A DNA stretch of 20,000 bases from an uncultured virus (IMG/VR IMGVR_UViG_3300017747_000864) (lineage: Duplodnaviria > Heunggongvirae > Uroviricota > Caudoviricetes): IMG/VR virus record IMGVR_UViG_3300017747_000864. One strand, given 5' to 3'. The position numbers and the translations under genes are program-made. The notes under the pieces are model-generated. The model saw nothing but the letters and a program-made list of their open reading frames with translations, made no database searches and had not been told where the DNA came from. Shown here in pieces: positions 1 to 8,005 of the stretch (position 1 is its first letter; the number at the start of each line of letters is the position of its first letter).

Positions 1-1071
1 GATCTGTTTGCCCTGAGCCTTGCGCCCAGTCCGTGCAGAGCGAACCTTGTCCATCATGGAGTACAACTGTTTGGCACCGGCATCGGTCGAGCCATTCCCA
101 AGGTGGGATACCACATCGGCAGGCACTACGAACTCACCATCGGCCAATCGAGCAGGGCGCTTGTTAGAGATAGTAGCGGGGATGTTGTCGCTCATGCCAT
201 CACCCGGACCTTTAAGCAGTCGGCCACCGTCTGAGTATGAGCCAAGATCAGCGATACCGCCACGGGCCATACGCATGGGGATCGAAGCAGGGATATACCG
301 GCTAGGATCGTATTTGAACTTAGACAGCGGCCCAGTATAAGGAGCCTGTCCCGGTACACTACCCTGTCGCCCCATAAGCGCCATCAGCCCAAGGCCCCCG
401 GCACCGCCGTACATGAGTTTTTTCTCAGTCGGCAAAGACTTCCACCACTCTTTGATGCCTTGATTGGCCGCAGGAGTTTGTGCGGCTGGGCCCGTGCTTT
501 GCGGAGCGATACCTTCAAGACCAGCCAGCGCGTTGCTCCCTGTTCCGGCACGAACGCCATCAGTAGCGGATTGCGCTAGCGCTTGTTCTGTTGCCGTAGG
601 AGTAGCGGCATTCAGCGCCCCAAAATCCAAACCCGCTGTATCAAGAGGCAGTGAAGTAATACCTTCACCCATGGAAATCGGCATGGCGGTAGCCGCTTCA
701 ATGACCCCCTGCATCGGAGTAGAAGCCGCCGCCTGTAGGGCCCCTTGCGCTGGGTTTGACAGCAGTGACTGCATGAACAGCCCCGGCTGGGATGCTGCGT
801 TAGCTGCGGCATTTAAGCCAATCCCCCCTTCAACAATAGGAGCGGCGGCAGAGGCTGGCAGTTGCGAAGAAAACAAAGTGCCGAGCGCCGGAGCAACCGC
901 GTTGCCAATCCCGCCAGTCACCCCACCAAGCAACGCGCCTTTAAGGGGGTCACCACCTTGCGCTGCGGAAGAAACGCCGCCTAGAGCAGCGCCGATAAGA
1001 ATGGGCTCCATCCCCGTGTTGTATGTACGGCGACCGGCAGTGTATCCGTTAAATTTATTAGGGATGAGCAT
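1..1071 (-). CDS. Putative internal virion / DNA ejection (pilot-like) protein, 3' end outside the window
   Basis: Not in the ORF track; translated by hand. ATG at 1071 with GAGG upstream, open for 357 codons to the window edge. Begins MLIPNKFNGYTAGRRTYNTGMEPILIGAALGGVSSAAQGGDPLKGALLGGVTGGIG (Gly/Ala-rich, hydrophobic). Ends with GGRLLKGPGDGMSDNIPATISNKRPARLADGEFVVPADVVSHLGNGSTDAGAKQLYSMMDKVR, resembling the GPGxGxSDxIPAxLxxGEFV motif of tape-measure/ejection proteins. Lies downstream of the tail genes. Confidence 0.75.
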   Translation of the reverse strand, partial: MLIPNKFNGYTAGRRTYNTGMEPILIGAALGGVSSAAQGGDPLKGALLGGVTGGIGNAVAPALGTLFSSQLPASAAAPIVEGGIGLNAAANAASQPGLFMQSLLSNPAQGALQAAASTPMQGVIEAATAMPISMGEGITSLPLDTAGLDFGALNAATPTATEQALAQSATDGVRAGTGSNALAGLEGIAPQSTGPAAQTPAANQGIKEWWKSLPTEKKLMYGGAGGLGLMALMGRQGSVPGQAPYTGPLSKFKYDPSRYIPASIPMRMARGGIADLGSYSDGGRLLKGPGDGMSDNIPATISNKRPARLADGEFVVPADVVSHLGNGSTDAGAKQLYSMMDKVRSARTGRKAQGKQI

Positions 1072-1096
1072 ATGAACCTCGTTTGCCTAAATCGTA

Positions 1097-1954
1097 TCAC
1101 CGCAGGGAGGAGGATACAAAGGTCGCTGTAAAAATGAGCGCGGGGCTCACGGGGTGCGTCGGACTGGTGCCCGCAGGGTAAGTAGCAACTACCGTGTTGC
1201 CAGTGTTTGATGACCACCTAACAGACATAAAGTCATTAGCAGTAACTTCTTGAAGAATGTTGTAGGTCAAGATCGAGGCACCCGGACCTGATCCATGTTT
1301 TGACCCAACCTCTTCAATACTGGCTGAATACGGTATATCGGCACCGTTTAAGGTAAACCACATCGTGACGTTATCGGTCGTTGTGGTGTAGTTCAATAAC
1401 TGCGCGCTTATCTGGATGTTGTAAACACCGGCGTTCTCAAAATAGACATTAGCGCCGCTATCACCAGTGCGTACACCATTACTGTAGTCGGTGTAATTAA
1501 GAAGAATCGTGCCGTAAGTCGTTGGGCTAGAAACACCCTGAACTTCTGATAGTACAGCCCCAGCACTATGCGACGTATTGGTCGTACTGAATACGCCTCG
1601 CGTAATACCAGTAAAGGTTGTTGGCGTCTTGCCGGTGAAGCGAATAATCTCCGCGCCAATCAATACCCACCCTTGGGATGGAAAATCAGCAGTTGATACA
1701 ACCTGAAGGTCTGCGGTTGAGGTGTTGGAGATACCTGTTGTCAGGCTAGTTGTCCCGTCCTGATGAAACGCGCCATACGGGAAATTGGTTAGTCTGCCAC
1801 CTTGTCTGCCACCCAACTGGCCGAGCACTTGGCTAAGTTGGTTGAAATACAAACGAAGTACGTTGGAATACTGATCGTGAAACTGCGGATTCCATGCCTG
1901 CGGGGCGAGTGGAATGCTAGGAGAGGGCGGAAACCGTAGATAGTTATTACTCAT
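1097..1954 (-). CDS. Virion structural protein with C-terminal C1q/TNF-like beta-sandwich (285 aa)
   Basis: ATGA overlap with the upstream gene. N-terminal PxxP...LRLYFNQL helix; C-terminal AGVYNIQISAQL...WFTLNG...VRWSS pattern is C1q/BclA-like; internal Thr-rich inserted module. Confidence 0.65.
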   Translation of the reverse strand: MSNNYLRFPPSPSIPLAPQAWNPQFHDQYSNVLRLYFNQLSQVLGQLGGRQGGRLTNFPYGAFHQDGTTSLTTGISNTSTADLQVVSTADFPSQGWVLIGAEIIRFTGKTPTTFTGITRGVFSTTNTSHSAGAVLSEVQGVSSPTTYGTILLNYTDYSNGVRTGDSGANVYFENAGVYNIQISAQLLNYTTTTDNVTMWFTLNGADIPYSASIEEVGSKHGSGPGASILTYNILQEVTANDFMSVRWSSNTGNTVVATYPAGTSPTHPVSPALIFTATFVSSSLR

Positions 1955-4059
1955 CGCCTACCGTCAGAGCGGAAATCAATACGCGGTGCGCCCAATTGCC
2001 ACGCGGTATTCACTTGATTGGACCCAATCTTAAAGATCATCTGTCGTCCACGCAGCCGGGTATATACCTGACCAGTGAATTTCTCTGTATCAGAAGTTGT
2101 AGCCGGAGCGTTCAAGGTAACAGTGTTGGAGTTGGCAGTGGTTATCCCGGAGCCAGAGTTCTGCAACGTAGAGAGAGTCATTGCCACTTGCGGAGACGCG
2201 CCAGTCGGTGAGTTTGAAGAGTTGGCGAACGTAATGTCTGGCAGGAAGCGCCACACGAAACTGAAGTTGTGGCCGTCGCCAATATCAAACTCCGACGAAC
2301 TAATGTACGCATTGAGCGGGTTATTGGTTCCAGAGGTGTTGTCGTTGATACCGCTTTCGTGGGTAATCAGTCGCCCAGTCTGCGTAACCGAATCGTAGGT
2401 TGTGGCGAGTGGATTAGTCCGCAAACCAGAGTCAATCCACGCAGTGCGCTCCATGGTGCCGTAATACCAAGCCTGCTCAAGATAATTAAAAATTACGTAA
2501 CGATCAGGTTGAGTAGAATTTGCCGCCGGGTAAAACCACCAGACTTCGTTAAACCCTTCGTTAGACCCCGCATACACTTGGCCTGATTGCGAGATGTTGA
2601 AATCGCCAAATACATAACGCCGAACGTCGCAATTCAGGGTCTGCACTCGGCCATCGTAGAAATAGAACTTATCTATTCCCATCCAGTAGATAATGCCCGA
2701 GGCAACAACCGCCGCGTTAAATCCTGCAATAGATATGTTGTCAGCAAGAAGCTGCGGCCCCCAAACAGTTGGTGGCCCAAAGTATTGCAGCGAATAAACG
2801 CTGGAGTCCGTGAATACCACAAGCTCTTGACGAGCAAGCACGCCAGCGATAATCGAAGAGCCGTGAGAGACGCGCACGCTTCCAGCCTGATTGGCGGCGT
2901 CTGGGGTCCACTGATATACGTTGTCTTGATCGCTCCAGCGAATCAGCATTGGGTCAATAACCGCCGACCCGTAGTCATTGCACCCTAAGGCAAACACAAA
3001 CCGGTTAACGTCAGATACAACAATCGTGTTTTGTACCGTTGGAACGTCCACTAACTTAGAGATACTAAACGTCCCACTGCCTGCGCTAGTTACATCGACC
3101 AGATTGCCGGAACCATCCAGAAGATTCGCAGTCAGCCCCAGCACGTTAAATAGGTAGTAGGTTGTATTGGCTGTAATGCCGGTAGGCAGCGTGCCACCAC
3201 TAGATACCGCAAACTGCACCGCCGTGCTTTCGGACAATACCGTTGTAAGCGTTACTATCGTGGGGGAAGTGGTAGTAAACGTCACCGTCCCGCCAAGAGA
3301 GTTGAGCAGCACACCGCGAGTATTAGTGCCGTTCGTGGCATCCCAATAGTAAACACCGCCAGTACGGGGGCCGAAAATTAGATCCTCGCCGTAGTTCTGC
3401 TGCGTCCACAGCCCAAGACTAGTGCTAGTGGTAACCGGAGAGCCTTCTCCCCAGCCGCCTGACGCCCAAGTACTGAACCCCCAGCCGATCCGTGGAAGTT
3501 CTGTAGATCCACTGACTCCCACCTGATAAGCCGCTACGGGAGTCCCGCCATAAGAGCCACCAGAGATTACGGACGGCGCGGTGATGGTGTAGGAGTTGGC
3601 ATTGACGATAGAGACAATCTGGAACTCGGCGTTGAAGATCGTATCGTAAGTGCCCGTGGCCCCGGAGTAAGTCACGAAGTCGCCAATAGAGGCCCCGTGT
3701 CCTGTATCAGTCACAGTGACTGTCGTAGTGTTATTGCCAGCAAATGGATTAGACCCCAGCGTTACCGTCCGTCTAATCGGCGTGATGTCGTTGTACGCAC
3801 CACCTTCCTCGATATAAAACTTCAGGTTGGTGCCCACCCCCATCAAGTTACGCCCAGTGAGCGTTACCCAGTTCCACAGGGATCTGCAAACACCACTAAA
3901 TACAGCGCCAATACTGGAGTACGGCACCCATCCGCCAATGCTCTCTGGATTGCCTTGACGGAAGCGGATCTTGTCGCACTCATACCAACCACCCTCGGTG
4001 GTATAGCGAGTGTTCTCCCTGTTAACCCCCGGCTTAAAGACAATCTTTTGGAGCGGCAT
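1951..4059 (-). CDS. Tail tubular protein B / P22 gp10-like packaged-DNA stabilisation protein (702 aa)
   Basis: Size and beta-propeller-like motifs (LIRWSDQD, YWMGIDKFYFYDG, NEVWWFYP, YVIFNYLEQAWYYG, RLRGRQ) typical of podovirus tail hub/nozzle proteins; two Thr-rich inserted beta modules. Confidence 0.7.
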   Translation of the reverse strand: MPLQKIVFKPGVNRENTRYTTEGGWYECDKIRFRQGNPESIGGWVPYSSIGAVFSGVCRSLWNWVTLTGRNLMGVGTNLKFYIEEGGAYNDITPIRRTVTLGSNPFAGNNTTTVTVTDTGHGASIGDFVTYSGATGTYDTIFNAEFQIVSIVNANSYTITAPSVISGGSYGGTPVAAYQVGVSGSTELPRIGWGFSTWASGGWGEGSPVTTSTSLGLWTQQNYGEDLIFGPRTGGVYYWDATNGTNTRGVLLNSLGGTVTFTTTSPTIVTLTTVLSESTAVQFAVSSGGTLPTGITANTTYYLFNVLGLTANLLDGSGNLVDVTSAGSGTFSISKLVDVPTVQNTIVVSDVNRFVFALGCNDYGSAVIDPMLIRWSDQDNVYQWTPDAANQAGSVRVSHGSSIIAGVLARQELVVFTDSSVYSLQYFGPPTVWGPQLLADNISIAGFNAAVVASGIIYWMGIDKFYFYDGRVQTLNCDVRRYVFGDFNISQSGQVYAGSNEGFNEVWWFYPAANSTQPDRYVIFNYLEQAWYYGTMERTAWIDSGLRTNPLATTYDSVTQTGRLITHESGINDNTSGTNNPLNAYISSSEFDIGDGHNFSFVWRFLPDITFANSSNSPTGASPQVAMTLSTLQNSGSGITTANSNTVTLNAPATTSDTEKFTGQVYTRLRGRQMIFKIGSNQVNTAWQLGAPRIDFRSDGRR

Positions 4060-4061
4060 GA

Positions 4062-4673
4062 TTACTCAGGGAAACAGGCGAGGGCTTTAGCGTACCGAGC
4101 TTTGCGGTCGGCCAACCCAATCAGACCACCGTTGATGCGTTTGGTCAACAACTCAAATTCCCGTGCGTCGGCCATCGGAGAGCAGTTGTTGGACTTCCAG
4201 AACCATCCGGCAGACAACGCAGCAAACTCAGGTGTAAGCAGCAAGTCAGGTTCAGCAACAAGATCTTTACCCAGACCCTTGCTACACGCTGTGTAGTTTG
4301 ACTTGCCAGTGAGTTGCTTGAGTCCGCGACCGCGATACTTCCAGCCTTCACCACTAGCCTCAGGGCCGTTACCCATCCGGTTGCCATAGACGTTGTTGGC
4401 GATCTTCTCCGGCTGGCGGTGGTATCGCATCGCTACTTCCATCGACGGAAACCGACTAGGCCACACGCGCATGAGCGCCTCGGCACTGTAGTTCAGGTTC
4501 TCGATGAGTCGAGTAAAGCCGCCGGATTCATGGCCGCACTGCGCGAGAAACGCCGCGATCCGATTCGGGTTGTTGATCTCAAACCGGTCACAAGCAGCCT
4601 GCACAGCAGGAAGCCACGTAGCAGCAGTCTCGGGTTTTACGCCAACGGCAACAAGGTGAGCAATCTCGATCAT
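4062..4673 (-). CDS. Endolysin, glycoside hydrolase family 19 (203 aa)
   Basis: GH19 motifs AAFLAQCGHESGGF, ENLNYS, GWKYRGRGLKQLTGKSNY and TKRINGG; adjacent to membrane protein genes. Confidence 0.93.
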   Translation of the reverse strand: MIEIAHLVAVGVKPETAATWLPAVQAACDRFEINNPNRIAAFLAQCGHESGGFTRLIENLNYSAEALMRVWPSRFPSMEVAMRYHRQPEKIANNVYGNRMGNGPEASGEGWKYRGRGLKQLTGKSNYTACSKGLGKDLVAEPDLLLTPEFAALSAGWFWKSNNCSPMADAREFELLTKRINGGLIGLADRKARYAKALACFPE

Positions 4674-5149
4674 TTCTTCTCATCCTTGACACGGGAGCCG
4701 AAGGAGGAACCCAGCAAGAACGAGAACATCGAAGCCATCACAGTGCCCAGCATGAAGCCGAGGATGGTGTCAGCGAACCGCACGTTCTCAGACGGGATAG
4801 GGCCGAAGGTGATGTACGGGATGTACACCATCGCAAAGATCGACCACCCGCTGATAAAGAAGTAGGTGAACCGCCGCACGAACCAATCAGAGGAGGACAT
4901 GGCGTGTTTTGCCATCTCTCTAGCATTGGCCTTGTCCTTAACTTCCTGCTCCACCATGAACTCGGCGTGCTGCATCGCCCGTTCGCGCAAAGAAGCGACA
5001 TGCTCCTGCGTCATCTCTTCTTCGGGCTTGAGTTCAACCCCAAGTTTCTTCTCGACGTAATCGACGCCCTTTTCTAGCACCGCATCAGCAATCTTGGGTA
5101 AGCCGTTGGAGATCAGGCCAGAGACGATAGAGGCGACGATTGGCAGCAT
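4670..5149 (-). CDS. Putative holin (GTA 3TM-holin-like, 159 aa)
   Basis: Amphipathic N-terminus, two hydrophobic segments (FTYFFISGWSIFAMVYIPYITF; ILGFMLGTVMASMFSFLL), C-terminal GSSFGSRVK motif; ATGA-coupled to the endolysin. Confidence 0.7.
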   Translation of the reverse strand: MLPIVASIVSGLISNGLPKIADAVLEKGVDYVEKKLGVELKPEEEMTQEHVASLRERAMQHAEFMVEQEVKDKANAREMAKHAMSSSDWFVRRFTYFFISGWSIFAMVYIPYITFGPIPSENVRFADTILGFMLGTVMASMFSFLLGSSFGSRVKDEKK

Positions 5150-5151
5150 GT

Positions 5152-5553
5152 TTAGACCCTTGTAGAAATTGAATCTTCGCCCTTGCTGACTGTAACCCGA
5201 TCACCCTCAACATCCACACGCATCGGGGGTTCTTTCTGATCCAGTCGGGCGATCAACTCTTTGATAATGGTGATCTCAGGCTTTTCTTCTTTCTTAGCCT
5301 CGTTGACGATGCCGTTGACCATCTGGATTAAAGCCATCGTGGCGGTAGCAACAAGGCCAATAACGGCAGGGAGAGCCTCTGGGCTCAGCATAAAAGACGA
5401 GCCTACCCCGACCAGAACCAGAAGAAAGATCCACATGATCGCGTCTTTGCCGATTGCTTTGGCAGCGACTTCCTTGGCTGTGGCCTGAGCCTCCAGCTTG
5501 TCAAGCTCGATCTTGGCCTGCGTCTTCAGGACTTGAATGTCTTGGGGTTCCAT
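5152..5553 (-). CDS. Two-transmembrane protein in the lysis block (133 aa)
   Basis: Hydrophobic hairpin AIMWIFLLVLVGVGSSFML / ALPAVIGLVATATMALIQMV flanked by charged helical segments. Confidence 0.65.
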   Translation of the reverse strand: MEPQDIQVLKTQAKIELDKLEAQATAKEVAAKAIGKDAIMWIFLLVLVGVGSSFMLSPEALPAVIGLVATATMALIQMVNGIVNEAKKEEKPEITIIKELIARLDQKEPPMRVDVEGDRVTVSKGEDSISTRV

Positions 5554-5555
5554 GT

Positions 5556-6017
5556 TTAGTCTTTCAGATTGAACGTCAGGTTCTTGTGCTTGGGGTAAGT
5601 CACAGTACGCTCACCCTCTGGGCACTTGTACTTGATGGTCGCCAGCAGGGTGGCCTTTCCGGGATTTACGGGCTCTTTGTCCGAAATCTTCAGCATGTAC
5701 GTGAAGGTGTCAATCTCAGGGCCAGCGGGGCCCGTGAACTTCGACATACTGGGAGTGGCTTCGTGAATCAGACCAGCAGCATCTCGCACCGTCGGGGTGA
5801 AGCCTTCAACCGAGCAATCGTCGCGCTTCTTGATCCGGGCCACAGTGACTTGCACAGGCTCACCGATCTTGGCGTCCTTGATACTGAAGTGCTCCGGTGC
5901 CCACTCAATGATGCTGCGATCAAACCATCCAAACTTATCCCCAGCGGTATACCCGCCCACTGACAGAGCGAATGAGGCAGTCAGAAACTGCACCACCGGG
6001 GTAAGTTTGGGGAACAT
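5556..6017 (-). CDS. Hypothetical exported or membrane-anchored protein (153 aa)
   Basis: Weakly hydrophobic N-terminal segment, beta-rich body, two Cys; 2-nt gap to the next gene. Confidence 0.6.
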   Translation of the reverse strand: MFPKLTPVVQFLTASFALSVGGYTAGDKFGWFDRSIIEWAPEHFSIKDAKIGEPVQVTVARIKKRDDCSVEGFTPTVRDAAGLIHEATPSMSKFTGPAGPEIDTFTYMLKISDKEPVNPGKATLLATIKYKCPEGERTVTYPKHKNLTFNLKD

Positions 6018-6041
6018 GGCACTTAAAAATCACCAGTGGGT

Positions 6042-6413
6042 TTAGAAGGGCGGGGGAGTCGGCGTAGGAACAGGAGGTTGATCAACCAGCGGGGTAGACC
6101 AATACTGCATCTGGGCATTGCGCTCTGCCTGCACCATCTGATCCTCGTGCGAGGCTACGTAGGAGTCAACCCAAGGTTGGCCTCCTTGGACCTGAATGAT
6201 CCAGTCAACGACCTGTTGCGCGGTCAGTTGAGCAATCGGAATAAACCCTTGAGGACTTGGGGGGGTGAGATATGTAACACCCGCACCATAGATTTTAACC
6301 CCGTTACGGGTCATCTCGCAGATCCAAGTCGATCTAGCCACTGAGTCGGGGCATTCAGGATACTGCTGAACGTAGACTTTATCGACATAAAATACGGGGT
6401 TTATGGTAGTCAT
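6042..6413 (-). CDS. Tail-fibre-associated hypothetical protein (123 aa)
   Basis: FIPIAQLTAQQVVDWI motif resembles a small phage family commonly found next to fibre genes (recalled); ATGA-coupled to the upstream gene. Confidence 0.6.
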   Translation of the reverse strand: MTTINPVFYVDKVYVQQYPECPDSVARSTWICEMTRNGVKIYGAGVTYLTPPSPQGFIPIAQLTAQQVVDWIIQVQGGQPWVDSYVASHEDQMVQAERNAQMQYWSTPLVDQPPVPTPTPPPF

Positions 6414-6850
6414 GGCTTCTCTGCGCCGTAGAAGTTGCTGATGCTGATTTGGCCGGAAGTTGGAACACTTCCGTTGATGTTCACAGTCGTCGGGTAAGAG
6501 CGAGAAACTTCATAGTAATACTGAACGAAGCCCGTTTCTGAGTCTGTGTAGGTGTAGAACAAACTGCCTCTGTAATACGTAGTCGATCCAACCGTTACAG
6601 ACGAAACAGAGTTTGAATAATCTGATACGACGAGGGATCCGTTCCAATAGATCGTGTTTTGATACTGCCCCTGACTAAAATGATAGACATCAAGAGAGCC
6701 AAACGGGCCTTCACTGGTCGTCACCGTCTTTGTACTCGGCACTAGACCACCGCCACGGTAATACTCGCTCAAACTGTGCGGTGCTGTACCACCCATTACA
6801 CCGGCAATGTCGTTGATGCTCAGGGCACCCGATGACGGGAGAACTGCCAT
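6410..6850 (-). CDS. Putative fibre-tip adhesin / receptor-binding accessory protein (146 aa)
   Basis: Directly follows the S74 fibre. Has LPSSGALSINDI...SLSEYYRGG and VPTSGQISISNFYG motifs seen in fibre-tip attachment domains; Tyr-rich centre. Confidence 0.6.
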   Translation of the reverse strand: MAVLPSSGALSINDIAGVMGGTAPHSLSEYYRGGGLVPSTKTVTTSEGPFGSLDVYHFSQGQYQNTIYWNGSLVVSDYSNSVSSVTVGSTTYYRGSLFYTYTDSETGFVQYYYEVSRSYPTTVNINGSVPTSGQISISNFYGAEKP

Positions 6851-7996
6851 TTAGCGAGCCTCCAGTTCTTTCACGCGAGCCGAGAGTTCTTTGATAGCGG
6901 CAAATGCTAGTGCGCAGAGTTTTTCGTAATCCACGGCCAAGGTGCCATCTTCGCGTTCACGGACTGCCAACGGGAAAGCTGCTTGGACATCCTGCGCCAC
7001 CACACCAAAGTCAGACTTCTGTACAAAGTAGCCGTCCGCACCGCCCTTAGACTCAATGTATTCGTCCGTCCAGTCAAACAGCTTCCCTCCGATAGCTTCT
7101 ACAGCACCAACTGCACTGGGGATATCACGAATGTTTTCTTTGAGCCTACGGTCAGACGAATAATACGCGGTGACGTTATTGGTGGCCCGAATCTCTCCAG
7201 ACGTTCCAGAAGCCGTTGCTCCTACACCAAGTGAACCCAACTGCGTATTACTCGCGGTGCCGACACCCAGAGCGGTTGCAGCATTCGCCGCAGTAGTAGA
7301 ACCCGTACCGCCGTTAGCGATTGGGAGAGTACCGGTAACTTCTGTGGAGAGACTTACACTCCCGGCTGTAAACGCCGAAACCCCACTAGCTTTAACCACA
7401 CCCGTCAGGGTCGTAGCGCCCGTACCCCCCGCCGCCACAGGCAGCGTACCGGCAGTCAGCGCCGAAGACGAGGTGGAGTAAATGGCGTTGTTGGCCGCAG
7501 TAAAGGTCGTCAGACCCGTACCGCCGTTGCCGGTAGTCAAAGTTCCCGTCAGATCAGTGATCCGGTTAGAGGCGATCAGGATGTAGTCAGATCCGTTCCA
7601 GGCAATCAGCGACCGGGTAAGCGCGGGGATGTTAACCCCAGTCGTTGCTGCGCCTTTGACCGTCACTATCTGATTGGTAGAGGTAGCGTTGATAACCAGA
7701 TATACACGGCTCGCAGACGGAGCGGTGATTATCAACGTAGCTGCCGGACTACCCGTACAGTTAATGATGCGGTACTGCGCGGAGCCTGCGGATGTTGCGG
7801 CTGCTTGAACTAGCGCAGTACCGTTTGCCACCGTTAAGGTGACCGCAGTTTGGCTCCCACTGATTGTCTGAGCCCCGGCCACCGCTGCATCAAGATAGGT
7901 AGTCAAGTAGTCATTGACTACATCACCCCATGTGCCCGCCTCTGTGCCAGTAGTTGGCTTAGCAAGGCCAAGGAGGGAAGTATACGTAACGGCCAT
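6851..7996 (-). CDS. Tail fibre with C-terminal peptidase S74 intramolecular chaperone (381 aa)
   Basis: YYSSDRRLKENI autocleavage motif, FGVVAQDVQ, VDYEKL and terminal coiled coil; three GTLxxxxGGTG repeats; AGGAG SD upstream. Confidence 0.88.
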   Translation of the reverse strand: MAVTYTSLLGLAKPTTGTEAGTWGDVVNDYLTTYLDAAVAGAQTISGSQTAVTLTVANGTALVQAAATSAGSAQYRIINCTGSPAATLIITAPSASRVYLVINATSTNQIVTVKGAATTGVNIPALTRSLIAWNGSDYILIASNRITDLTGTLTTGNGGTGLTTFTAANNAIYSTSSSALTAGTLPVAAGGTGATTLTGVVKASGVSAFTAGSVSLSTEVTGTLPIANGGTGSTTAANAATALGVGTASNTQLGSLGVGATASGTSGEIRATNNVTAYYSSDRRLKENIRDIPSAVGAVEAIGGKLFDWTDEYIESKGGADGYFVQKSDFGVVAQDVQAAFPLAVREREDGTLAVDYEKLCALAFAAIKELSARVKELEAR

Positions 7997-8005
7997 GAAC
8001 TACTC

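Noticed and set aside
4738..5001. Nested alternate-frame ORF as a possible o-spanin
   Set aside because: No hydrophobic signal peptide or proper lipobox.
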